From an uncultured Gemmatimonadales bacterium (GTDB lineage Bacteria > Gemmatimonadota > Gemmatimonadetes > Gemmatimonadales > Gemmatimonadaceae): DNA of 64,000 nt. Below, one piece after another: positions 29,995 through 39,900 of the stretch. The notes under the pieces were generated by a model. It was not told where the DNA came from, made no database searches, and worked only from the letters and a program-made list of their open reading frames with translations. The position numbers and the translations under genes are program-made. Numbering within the stretch: position 1 is the first letter of the stretch; every line of letters begins with the position of its first letter. The DNA lies in NCBI GenBank assembly GCA_963701965.1, contig OY969695.1, positions 4,896,001 through 4,960,000 of the forward strand. Reading direction: 5' to 3'.

Positions 29995-32376
29995 ATGCTC
30001 CCTCGCCTCACCAACCTCCGGCGCGCGATGTGGGCCCTCGCGCGCCGGCCCGCGTTTGCCATCACCGCGGCCCTGAGCTTGGGGGTCGGCATCGGCTCCA
30101 CGACCATGGTCTTGAGCGTGGTCAACGCCGTCCTCCTCCGACCGTTGCCCTACGCGACCCCGGACCGGCTCGTCGCGATCGCGCCCGACCATGCGTTCGC
30201 CCAGCGGGAGGTCGAAGCCATCGGCGAGCGCGCGAAGAGCTATGACATCGTCGCATCGGTCAGTCCCGGCTGGCTCATGGCCCTGACCGACGTGCCGGCG
30301 CCGCGCCAACTCAATGCCGCGCGCGTGTCCGGCCAATTCTTCGGCATGCTCGGCATCGCTCCGATGCTCGGCCGAACGTTCGGCGCGGACGCCGAGTTGC
30401 CGGACCGCGGCAACGTGGCGGTGCTGAGCTACGAGCTGTGGCAGGCCTCGTTTGGCGGCGACCCGAAGATCCTGGGACGCTCGATCGTGCTCAATCGCGA
30501 GAGTTACGTCGTGGTCGCCGTGATGCCCCGCGCGTTTCGGGCGCTCGGTTTTCGCTCGGACCTCTGGACGCCGATGACGCGGGATCCGTCGGCCATGTGG
30601 TGGACTGGCGCGACGCAGTTGGCGTATGCGCGTGTGCGGCCCGGCGTGTCCGTCCGGTCGGCATCCGCGGAGCTGACGCCGCTCCTGGCCACGATCCAGC
30701 GCGACTTCCACTTGCGGGCCGACTGGTTGCAGGCGACCCGCGTCGTCGGCCTCCGGGAGAGCATGGTGGGCGCGATCCGTCCGACGCTCATCGTGCTCTT
30801 CGCGGCCGTGGTCTTTCTGTTGGCGCTGGCCACGGCGAACGTGGCGACCTTGGGCCTCGTCCGCGCCGCCGAACGCCGGCACGAGCTGGCCGTACGGGCG
30901 TCGCTCGGCGCCAGCGTCCGGCAAATCGCCATGGTGTTGTTGGTCGAGAGCGTCGTGCTCGGCGCCGCGGGCGGCATCATCGGCGTCGCGCTCGCCTATG
31001 CCGGCACCGGGATCCTGCACCGCGTGCTCCCGCCATCCGTGCCGCGTATCGAGGAGATTGCGGTCGACGGACGAGTGCTGGCCGCCGCGCTCGCCGTGAC
31101 CGGTCTCGTGTCGGTGCTGTTCGGCCTCGTGCCGCTCGCCGAGGCGCGGATCGCCGGTGTGACGGCCCGCCTGCGCGCGGGGCGTACCACGACGGGCGCC
31201 GGTGCGCGCGCCCGGCGGATCGTCGTATCACTCGAGGTAGCGCTGGCGCTCGTCCTCGCCATCGGCGCGACGCTCATGGGACGCACGCTCGTCGCGCTCG
31301 CCGACGTCGATCCGGGGCTGCGCGCCGACCGCCTCCTGACCATGCGTCTCCAGCCGACCGCGGATGGCGACGACGCGCGGCGCGCCTATTGGCACGACGT
31401 GCTGGCACGCGTCCGCGCGCTGCCCGGCGTCGTCTCGGCGGCCACGGTGATGCACCTGCCGCTCGGCGGCCGGGCGTGGGACGCCGACATCACCGTCGAG
31501 GGTCGTGCGCGGCAGCCTGACGCACCGCCTCCCCGGGCGCACTGGCAAGTGGTCTCCCCAATGTACTTCGCGACCGCGGGTATTCCGATCGTGCGGGGCC
31601 GAGACTTTCGTGAGTCCGATGGCGCGCACGGACCGCGGGTGATCGCCGTCAACTCGGCATTCGCCGCGCGGCTATTTCCCGGAGAGGATCCCATCGGCCA
31701 CCGTCTGCGCGCCACCCATGCCACCGATGATTCGCTCGCCACAATCGTCGCCGTGGTGGGGAGCGTGCGCCACGACAGCCTGAACGTCCAGCCGGGGCCG
31801 GAGGTGTATGTTCCGCTGGATCAGAAGACCGTCTTCGCCACGGGGCTCATGGTGCGCACGCGCGAGGAGCCGGCGGCGCTGGTCGCCGCGATTCGCGGCC
31901 AGATCGTGGCCGTCGATCGGAACGTGCCGATCTCCGATGTCCGAACGATGAGCGACATCCTCGCGGCATCCCTCGGCCGCCAGCGCATGATGCTCACGCT
32001 CCTCGGGGTGTTCGCCAGCATGGGTTTGCTGCTGAGCGCCGTCGGCATCTATGGCGTCGTCGCCTACGGCGTGCGGCAGCGCACGCGGGAGATGGGCATC
32101 CGCATGGCGCTGGGCGCCAACACGCGGGCGATCTACCGTCTAGTCGTCGGTGAGGGCGTGGGGTATGCGGCGCTCGGCGTGATCGCCGGCGTGCCGGTCG
32201 CGCTCGCGCTCACGCGCTTGATGCGCGGTCTCGTCTACGGCGTCTCGCCGACGGACCCGATCTCGTTCGCGCTCATTCCCACCGCGCTGGTGATCGTGGC
32301 GACGGCTGCGAGCTGGATCCCGGCGCACCGCGCCGCGGCCATCGCACCCACGACCGCGCTAAATCACATCACATGA
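29995..32376 (+). CDS. ADOP-type duplicated MacB/FtsX ABC permease (no ATPase adjacent)
   Basis: LGVGIGSTT..VLLRPLPY..PDRLV; ELAVRASLGA; second half RTREMGIRMALGA. Confidence 0.9.
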   Translation: MLPRLTNLRRAMWALARRPAFAITAALSLGVGIGSTTMVLSVVNAVLLRPLPYATPDRLVAIAPDHAFAQREVEAIGERAKSYDIVASVSPGWLMALTDVPAPRQLNAARVSGQFFGMLGIAPMLGRTFGADAELPDRGNVAVLSYELWQASFGGDPKILGRSIVLNRESYVVVAVMPRAFRALGFRSDLWTPMTRDPSAMWWTGATQLAYARVRPGVSVRSASAELTPLLATIQRDFHLRADWLQATRVVGLRESMVGAIRPTLIVLFAAVVFLLALATANVATLGLVRAAERRHELAVRASLGASVRQIAMVLLVESVVLGAAGGIIGVALAYAGTGILHRVLPPSVPRIEEIAVDGRVLAAALAVTGLVSVLFGLVPLAEARIAGVTARLRAGRTTTGAGARARRIVVSLEVALALVLAIGATLMGRTLVALADVDPGLRADRLLTMRLQPTADGDDARRAYWHDVLARVRALPGVVSAATVMHLPLGGRAWDADITVEGRARQPDAPPPRAHWQVVSPMYFATAGIPIVRGRDFRESDGAHGPRVIAVNSAFAARLFPGEDPIGHRLRATHATDDSLATIVAVVGSVRHDSLNVQPGPEVYVPLDQKTVFATGLMVRTREEPAALVAAIRGQIVAVDRNVPISDVRTMSDILAASLGRQRMMLTLLGVFASMGLLLSAVGIYGVVAYGVRQRTREMGIRMALGANTRAIYRLVVGEGVGYAALGVIAGVPVALALTRLMRGLVYGVSPTDPISFALIPTALVIVATAASWIPAHRAAAIAPTTALNHIT

Positions 32377-32390
32377 AGCGCGTAACTCTA

Positions 32391-32474
32391 TACCCGGGAC
32401 GAGACTCGAACTCGTAAGACCCAAAGGTCGGGGGATTTTGAGTCCCCTGCGTCTACCAATTCCGCCACCCGGGC
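32391..32474 (-). tRNA. tRNA-Leu (anticodon CAA), CCA not encoded
   Basis: Minus strand reads GCCCGGGTGGCGGAATTGGTAGACGC, anticodon arm GGGGA-CT-CAA-AA-TCCCC, long variable arm, GTTCGAGTC, CCCGGGTA. Confidence 0.97.
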
Positions 32475-32497
32475 AGGAGCAGAGGAGCAAAATATAC

Positions 32498-32704
32498 GTG
32501 GTTGGAGGAGCGGACGCAGTGGGCCTTCACCACCTGCGTCCCTTGGCCGATCTCGGTCGGTCGGCCCAGCGAAACCCGGGTGGCAACCCGGAGCGCGGCG
32601 CGTGCGACAAAGAGATGCTGGGATACCACCGCGTGCCGCACTCGCCGGTGAAACCTCGATCGCCTGAATGTCGTTTAGGACGGTGGACCTCTATCTCAAA
32701 CCAC
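32498..32704 (+). ncRNA. Candidate structured RNA with a possible pseudoknot (family unknown)
   Basis: Closing stem GTGGTT/AACCAC, three hairpins and two crossing helices (detailed in findings). Confidence 0.3.
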
Positions 32705-32714
32705 CCTGCGCACT

Positions 32715-34217
32715 GTGCGAACCATATCGTCCCACCTTATCTCTCTCTGTCTGCTCGCCGGTAACGCCGCGGCGCAGCTTCCCGCGTGGAACATCGATAC
32801 ATTCCACGCCCCGCCCGACCGGCGTTGGGCGACGACGACGGTGCATGACGTGGACGCGGCGTACGTTCTGCTGCGGGACAATCATCCAGGCGCCGCGCGC
32901 GAGCTCAACGATCTCGATTTTCAGCATCGGTTGACGCACGGACACGAGCTGGCACTCGAGCGTGCGCGGACCGTCACTTCCTATGAAGGGTACTCCGCCG
33001 TCCTCGCCGGCTTCGCGACCGCGATGGGTGACAAGCATATCTGGAGTCGTCCGACGTTCGTGGTCAACCTTCCGCGCTGGCCGCGGTTCATCGTCAGCAA
33101 GCGTGGTGACAGCTGGGTCGTGACCGACGCGGACCCGCCGCAGACATTGCTCGTTGGCGCGGTGTTGATCGGCTGCGACGGTCAGGACGTCGAAGCATTG
33201 GCACGCAACAATCTTGGCGGGTTTCGCGCGAACTGGGACATTGGGGCACAGCAAGCGCAATTCGCCCCATGGCTTCTCGTAGACGAAGGCAATCCCTTCA
33301 TCGTGCGTCCCACCGCGTGCGTGGTTGACACGAAAGGCCAACGCCAAACGATCACGCTCGAGTGGGTGCGGGTGAAACGCGAGCTGCTCTTGCCGCGGCT
33401 CAAGACTGCCGGCGGAGCGGGGAAGGCGGGCTACGGCGTGCGTCAGGTAGGAGCGGGCTATTGGATCGCCCTGCAGTCCTTGATGGGTACTCCAGCCATC
33501 GATGTAGTGAAAGCGGTCGACGCACAGAAGACGGCCTTGCGACAGGCGCCCTTCGTCGTGCTCGACGTGCGGGGCAACGGCGGCGGATCTTCACTGATGG
33601 AACGTGAGATCGCGGCGTCGCTCTTTGGTGCGCCTTACGTCGAAGGCCGCCTTGGGGCCGTGACGTCCCCCGCGTGCGGCGGGCCCGATGGGGCCTGGCG
33701 GGTCAGTCCGAGCAACATCGAACAGGTCGAATACTTTCTCCAATCCGCGGATGTGCGCCAGGGCGGGCCGGAGATCCGACAGGTCGTCGAAACGACGCTG
33801 CACGATTTGCGTGATGCCCAAGCGCACGGACGGGCGTTTTCGAGTGCCACGCACTGTGCCGGGGCGCCGCCCGCGCGGGTGGGGGCTCAACCGCCATCCG
33901 AGATGCACGGCCGTCTCCTGCTGCTGACGGACAACCTGTGTTTCAGCGCCTGCATCTCCCTGGCGGACGATTTCCGGCAGCTTGGTGCGTTTCACATCGG
34001 CCAGACCACGGATGCCGCCACGCGCTATGTGGACGTCCGCGAGCAGTACCTGCCGTCGGGTTATTCCCTGTTTTCTACGTTACAGTCCGTCGATCCCACT
34101 TCGCCCGCGCAGGTAGGCAACTTCAAACCGTCGGTAGCGTACAACGGCGACATCGATGATACGCCGACGCTGGAGAAGTGGGTCGTCGATAGCGCCGTTC
34201 GAGCGGCGAGTCGATAG
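32715..34217 (+). CDS. Secreted S41-family (tail-specific protease-like) peptidase
   Basis: Signal peptide ending AAA-Q; VVLDVRGNGGG; LLTDNLCFSAC (position of the S41 serine motif); IGQTT. Confidence 0.75.
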   Translation: MRTISSHLISLCLLAGNAAAQLPAWNIDTFHAPPDRRWATTTVHDVDAAYVLLRDNHPGAARELNDLDFQHRLTHGHELALERARTVTSYEGYSAVLAGFATAMGDKHIWSRPTFVVNLPRWPRFIVSKRGDSWVVTDADPPQTLLVGAVLIGCDGQDVEALARNNLGGFRANWDIGAQQAQFAPWLLVDEGNPFIVRPTACVVDTKGQRQTITLEWVRVKRELLLPRLKTAGGAGKAGYGVRQVGAGYWIALQSLMGTPAIDVVKAVDAQKTALRQAPFVVLDVRGNGGGSSLMEREIAASLFGAPYVEGRLGAVTSPACGGPDGAWRVSPSNIEQVEYFLQSADVRQGGPEIRQVVETTLHDLRDAQAHGRAFSSATHCAGAPPARVGAQPPSEMHGRLLLLTDNLCFSACISLADDFRQLGAFHIGQTTDAATRYVDVREQYLPSGYSLFSTLQSVDPTSPAQVGNFKPSVAYNGDIDDTPTLEKWVVDSAVRAASR

Positions 34218-34229
34218 CGCGGGTGGTTA

Positions 34230-34985
34230 TCAGTGCGACGCGCGCGGGAAGCGCGAGATCACCTTCCCGTGCTCGTCCAGGAAATCGAGCGATGCGTTGC
34301 CTGCCGAGTCGACGGCCATCCGGATGCGCGGCTTGCCGTTGCGGTCCATGAGCTGAACGGCCGCGTCGTCTTTCTTCGTCCGCCCGACGAAGACCCGGCG
34401 CGTCAGGTGTCCGAGCTCGGTGGCGTGCTGCTGGGCCATCGCTTTGAGCGCCGCCGTCTTGTCCGGCCCATCCTTCATTGACGCCGCGCTCACGTACTGA
34501 TGCGCGAATTCGGCGGTGAGCGGCGCGTTCGGCGAGTCCCAGACCTCCAGGGCCGACTCCTTTTCGTCGCCCTTCTGGTAGTGGCTCATGCCGATCGCTT
34601 CGTTTTGCCGGTAGTTGTCGAACCGGATCGTTGCGTCCGCGATATGTGAGCCGTCGGTGGACTTGCCTTGGTAGGTGAGGCCCCCGTCCTCATCGCCTTC
34701 ATCGTTGAAGAAGATCATGCCGGCGCCGTCCCGCTTGCCGTCACGGAATTTGAGCTCGACGCCGGCGACCGTGCCGCCCGGCATCCGATCGGTGTTGGAG
34801 ATCGCCAGCCGCAAATTCCCGTTCTTCTCCCGGATGTTGATTCGCTCGGCGTCGATCTCCGTGAACTTGGCGGGTGCCGGGGCCGGGCTCTTGGTGGCGA
34901 CGAATATCAACGCGCCGAATGCCAGGGTCGAGCAGCACGCGTAGGCCTTCAAGAGACGGATCTCGCGCTCGATCTTGCCATTCAT
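34230..34985 (-). CDS. Hypothetical membrane-anchored beta-rich protein
   Basis: ATG start, single N-terminal TM segment, strong codon bias; no recognised catalytic motif. Confidence 0.7.
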   Translation of the reverse strand: MNGKIEREIRLLKAYACCSTLAFGALIFVATKSPAPAPAKFTEIDAERINIREKNGNLRLAISNTDRMPGGTVAGVELKFRDGKRDGAGMIFFNDEGDEDGGLTYQGKSTDGSHIADATIRFDNYRQNEAIGMSHYQKGDEKESALEVWDSPNAPLTAEFAHQYVSAASMKDGPDKTAALKAMAQQHATELGHLTRRVFVGRTKKDDAAVQLMDRNGKPRIRMAVDSAGNASLDFLDEHGKVISRFPRASH

Positions 34986-35193
34986 AGTCGACTCTCTCGT
35001 GAGGGGTCCGGATTCCCAATTGTCCGGACATAATACTCAACTGGCCGCCGTGGCGCAGGGGGAGGACGGTCGGAACATCCGATTCCGGCTTTTAACACAA
35101 CGCAAACACCGCTCGGCGGGCGGACCACCGATATTCGTCGCCGCCCGCGCGTGACCGCCGCATACGTCCGATTTCCGCCGAATTCGTTACTAG

Positions 35194-35224
35194 CGTAGGG
35201 GCGCGGCCGTGCTCGCCGGTATGT
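35194..35224 (+). promoter_or_regulatory. Putative ECF promoter upstream of sigma copy 1
   Basis: CGTAGGGG-N12-CGCCGGTATGT, with identical boxes and spacing repeated at 35829-35859. Confidence 0.65.
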
Positions 35225-35255
35225 GACGTACGGCTCGTCTACCCCTGCTTCGCGA

Positions 35256-35822
35256 ATGACTCACGCCTGTGTAGCGGATCTGGACGTCGAACTCATCGCG
35301 CGCATCCGCGCCGGCGAAGAGGACGCCTTCGGGCAGCTCTTTCGCCGCTACTATAGACAGCTGTGTGCCTATGCGGCGCGCATCGATAGCGCCGGCGGAG
35401 CGGCCGAAGAGATCGTGCAGGAAGTGTTCTTCCGGATCTGGATGCACCGCGAGCGCCTGCAGCTCGTGGAGACCCTCGCCGGCTATCTCTACGCGATCAC
35501 CCGCAACGTCGCGCTCAATCGCGTGGCCCGGGCACGCACCGAGGGACGGTGGCGGGCCGGCGTCGAGCTCGACGTGCTCGATGTGCCCGTCGCATCGGCG
35601 GACGCCGATACCGCGATGCGTGAGACAGAGATGGCGATCGCCATCGACCGCGCCATCGGGCAGCTGTCGCCGCGGTGCCGGGAAGCGTTTCTGCTCCGGC
35701 GGCAGGGACACCTGAGCTACGCCGAGATCGCCCGACGGATGCAGACGACTCCGAAGACCGTGGAGAACCAGATCGCCAAAGCGCTGAGGCATTTGCGCAC
35801 GGCACTGGCCGACTGGCTCTAG
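35256..35822 (+). CDS. ECF sigma factor, FecI/PUL type (copy 1; start 35223 or 35256)
   Basis: AFGQLFRRYY, AEEIVQEVFFRIW, YLYAITRNVALN, LSPRCREAFLL..LSYAEIA..KTVENQIAKAL. Confidence 0.92.
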   Translation: MTHACVADLDVELIARIRAGEEDAFGQLFRRYYRQLCAYAARIDSAGGAAEEIVQEVFFRIWMHRERLQLVETLAGYLYAITRNVALNRVARARTEGRWRAGVELDVLDVPVASADADTAMRETEMAIAIDRAIGQLSPRCREAFLLRRQGHLSYAEIARRMQTTPKTVENQIAKALRHLRTALADWL

Positions 35823-35828
35823 CGCTGT

Positions 35829-35859
35829 CGTAGGGGTGTCGCACTCCGCGCCGGTATGT
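35829..35859 (+). promoter_or_regulatory. Putative ECF promoter for the fecR-susC operon (copy 1)
   Basis: CGTAGGGG-N12-CGCCGGTATGT; ATG at 35865 lies 34 nt after the T of TAGGGG. Confidence 0.65.
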
Positions 35860-35864
35860 ACGGC

Positions 35865-36938
35865 ATGGACTCGTCACCACCGTCGCGTTTCCGGCTCCTG
35901 ACGTCCGACCCTGATTGGGTGCTCGTCGAACGGTATTTCAGCGGCGAGAGCACGCCAGAGGAACGGCAGGCGATCGACGCCTGGGCCATGGCCGATCCCT
36001 CGCACGCGCGGCTCCTGGCGGGCATGCGGACCGTGTGGCGGGAGGCCGCCACGCCGTTGCCGGTCGTCGACGAAGCCGAGGCGTGGCGCGCGCTGCAGGA
36101 GCGATTGCGAGCGGCACCACTGCCGACGAAGCGCACGCGCATCCTTCCGGAGCATCCAGGGAGATCCTGGCGGGCAATGGCGGTCGCTGCCGGCCTCATC
36201 GCCGTGGGTATCGCGCTCACGGCCACTTGGCGGCGAGTGGAAACCGTGCGGTTGGCCGCTGCGCCACCGCGCATCTACGAGACGGCGCGTGGCGAGCGAT
36301 CGCAGGTGACGCTGGTCGATGGCACGCACGTGTGGCTCAACGTCGACAGTCGATTGGTCGTACCGGCGGCCTATGGGACGACGCGAGACGTGGCACTCAT
36401 CGGCGAGGCGTACTTCGTCGTACAGCACGACGCGCGCCGGCCGTTTCGTGTGCATGCGGGCACGGGGGTGATGGACGATCTCGGGACGGAGTTCGCCGTC
36501 CGCGCCTATCCGTCCGATACCAACACGGTCGTCATAGTCGCCGGGGGACGCGTCGGCATCCGACCCGCGGAGATCACGGCCAATCTCAGTGCCGCGCAAC
36601 TCGGCCGCGGGCAGATGGCGACGCTGGATCGGAGCGGGGCGGTCCAGGTGGTCGACCACGCGGATCTGGACACGTGGCTGGCATGGGTCGGCGGTCACCT
36701 CGCGTTCTCCGAGCGGCCCCTACGGGACGTACTGGGGGAGCTCGAACGGTGGTACGACATTCAATTCGCGGTCGACGACAGCACGCTTCTGACCGTCCCC
36801 ATCACGGCGGCGTTCACCTCGCAATCCGCGGACAATGCCATGGCGATCCTCGCCGGGACGCTCGGCGTGCCGTTCACGCGAGACGGGCGATACGTCCACA
36901 TCCACCACGCAGCCCAGCGCGGCGCGCTCAAGCCGTGA
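35865..36938 (+). CDS. FecR-family anti-sigma/signal transducer (copy 1)
   Basis: Single TM segment; TARGERSQVTLVDGTHVWLN, GEAYFVV.HD..RPF.V, LGTEFAV, LAF..PL..V..ELERWY. Confidence 0.93.
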   Translation: MDSSPPSRFRLLTSDPDWVLVERYFSGESTPEERQAIDAWAMADPSHARLLAGMRTVWREAATPLPVVDEAEAWRALQERLRAAPLPTKRTRILPEHPGRSWRAMAVAAGLIAVGIALTATWRRVETVRLAAAPPRIYETARGERSQVTLVDGTHVWLNVDSRLVVPAAYGTTRDVALIGEAYFVVQHDARRPFRVHAGTGVMDDLGTEFAVRAYPSDTNTVVIVAGGRVGIRPAEITANLSAAQLGRGQMATLDRSGAVQVVDHADLDTWLAWVGGHLAFSERPLRDVLGELERWYDIQFAVDDSTLLTVPITAAFTSQSADNAMAILAGTLGVPFTRDGRYVHIHHAAQRGALKP

Positions 36939-39900
36939 CGCCATTCGTGTGGGTGGTCGCGGGTATGGTGACTGGGATCGGACCAGTCTATGGGCAGGTG
37001 GTGTCGCCGGACAGCGCCCCCAGTGCCCAGACGGCGCCCGCTCCGGCGCGCGCCCGCGCGCACACGCCGCCGCTGGAACGGCGGGTGACGCTCGATCTGC
37101 AGAACGTCACGCTGCGCGAGGCGCTGCACGAGATCGACCGGCAGGCGAAGCTGGGCCTGGCGTTCACGCCGCTCATCGTGCCGGTCGACCGGCGCATCTC
37201 GATTCAGGCCGACAGCGTGACAGTGGCCAACGCTCTGGAGCGCGTGCTGCAGGGAACCAATGTGCGCGCGGTGGTCACGACCAGCGAGACGGTCATGTTG
37301 GTCAAGGACCGGGATCTGCGGTCTTCGGCGACCGATACTGGTGGGTATGCCATGGTGCTGGCGCGCGTCACCGATGACACGACGTCGAGGCCGCTCGTTG
37401 GAGTAGTCGTCGCGGTCAAAGGCACGAGCAACCAGGAGACCACGACCGACAAAGGCTATACACTCTTGCGGCGCGTGCCATCCGGGCTGCAAGTCATCAC
37501 CGCACGTTTCCTCGGCTACACGCCCGAGGAACGCCGCGTCGTGGTGCCCGACACCGGGTATGTGAACGTCTCGTTTCAGCTCAAGATGGGCGCGGCTCAC
37601 CTCCAAGAGGTTGTCACGACGGCGACTGGCCCGCGACGTCGTTACGAGTTGGCCAACGACATCACGATCCTCGATGCGGACTCGATCGTTCGCAACGAAC
37701 CGATTTCGAGCGTCACACAGTTGCTCGACGGTCGCGTGCCCGGGCTGACCGTGCAGCATACATCGGGTGCGCCAGGCGATCCGAGTCGCCTCCGACTCCG
37801 CGGGGTCAGTAGTGCGCTCGAATCGAACGACCCAATCGTCATTGTCGACAACGTGCGGGTCTATGCCGCACAGTCCGACTCGTTGAGCGGGAATCTCGCA
37901 ACGCTCCACGATCAAAGAGGCGCGAGCCTCACTATTCCCGGCAGCGGTGCCGGCAATTTAGGGAGCGTGGTCGGAGCGACGTCCGGCGCCCCGTCACCGC
38001 TGGATCAGATCGACCCCGGGAGTATCGAAACGATCGAGGTGTTGAAGGGGCCATCCGCCGCCACCCTGTACGGGCCCGATGCCGCGAATGGCGTGATCGT
38101 CATTACGACCAAGAAGGGTCACGCGGGTCCGGCGCGTTGGACGGCCGACGCGTCGCGCGGGATGTCGTCGATCCCCGGGCAATATCCACTGGGGTACTAT
38201 CGATTTGGCGTCGGTACGCAAAGCGACAACGTAAAGCTCTGCCCGTTGAGCAGTTCCCAGTGCACGGCCGACAGCCTCGTGCGCTTTCAAGCGCTCAATC
38301 ACTCTCAGTACTCCATTCTCCGTGATGGGGTGACCAACACGGGGAACATTGGCGTCTCGGGCGGCAGCGAGGTGCTGACGTACGCCGTCAACGGGGGCAT
38401 TGACGACGAACAGGGTGTGGTCGGTATGCCACCGGCCGAGATGGCCCTCTATCGGTCGACGCACGCTGGCAATGATCCACTCGGTTGGATGGTTCATCCG
38501 GAACAGCTGTCGCGATGGAGTGCGACGTCGCGCCTGGCCGCACGGCTCAGCGATCGTGCTGATGTGTCGATATCGGTAATGTTGACGCACGAAAACCAGC
38601 AGCGATCGGATCTCGAGCGAGAGCTGGGCGCGCTCATGACGACGTACGTCGATACCAGAAATAACCGGTACTGGTCGGCCTCTGGTCAGGGGTTGAGTCC
38701 GGTGGCCGACCCCCTACCCGATCTGTCGCAGCGGGTGACGGACGATGCCACCAATTTCACGAACTCTGCCAGTTTCAATTGGCGACCGTTGAACTGGCTC
38801 ACTACGAGCGCCAGCGTGGGCCTCAACGTCATTAGTCGACAGGACGACGCGCTCGTTCCGCAGGGTGTGCAGGCCATTAGTTCGGACCCCGCACTGGGGT
38901 CCATCAATGCCGATAGCGCCGGCACCCTCACCACCGCGCACGGATCGACGACGCAGTCCACCGTCAACATGCAGGTCGAGGCCAACGTACCGCTGTTCGG
39001 CGGCCTCCGCATGCAACTCGCCACGGGAGCGAACTACAGCGCGTCGGCGGTCTCGACGATCACGACATCGGCGGTCGGCCTCCTGCCCGGCAGTAACTCC
39101 CTTGTGGGCGCCCAGACGATCGCGCTCGCTACGCAAGCATCGAACAACCAAACCAGTTACGGCTGGTACCTCGCGCCAGACTTCACGTACCGGCATTTCG
39201 TGATCAACACCGGTCTGCGTCTCGATCAAAGCACGTCGTTCGGCAAGAACGCCCATCAGCCGCTCTTCCCGAAGCTCGGTGTGTCGTGGCTCGTGTCCGA
39301 AGAGAAATTCTTTCCGTTCAAGAAGATCTTCGACGCGTTCCGCGCGCGCGCGACCTATGGGCAGGCTGGCGTCTGGCCGTCGCCACAGCAGCAGCTGCGC
39401 CTCTATCAAACGACCAATCCGTTCCTCGACGGCGGCTTCCAGCCGGCGATCCAGCTCGCGACCCTCGGTAACAGTCAACTGCGGCCGGAGCGGTCGGAGG
39501 AGTTCGAGGGTGGTGTCGACGCGGATCTATTGCACGACTGGGTGTCGATCGGATTCAGCGGATATCGGAAGATGCGCTACGATGCGATCATGAACGTGCC
39601 GATCGCGCCGTCCGTCTATGCCGGCCAGTCGATCGCCGAGAACATTGGGGAGATCCGCAATACGGGCGTCGAAGCGAGTCTGATCACGCAACTTCTTCGC
39701 ACCGACCCGGTCTCGTGGAATGTGGCGGTCAATCTCAGCCGCAACTACAACGTCGTCGTGCGCCTTGGTCCGGGTGTTCAGCCGTTCGGGACGGACGACG
39801 CGCGCGTCCAGGCCGGGTATCCCGTATTCAGTCGGTGGGCGCGGCCGATTCTGGCGTACACGGATGCGAACCATGATGGCATCATCGAGCCGGACGAGGT

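Noticed and set aside
32391..35200. Genomic island integrated at tRNA-Leu
   Set aside because: No integrase or duplicated tRNA 3' end was seen, and the accessory region lies on the 5' side of the tRNA
35915..36934. 340-aa N-terminal extension of SusC in the 1497-aa ORF
   Set aside because: Alternate-frame shadow over fecR; the true start is probably GTG 36935, matching the copy-2 length
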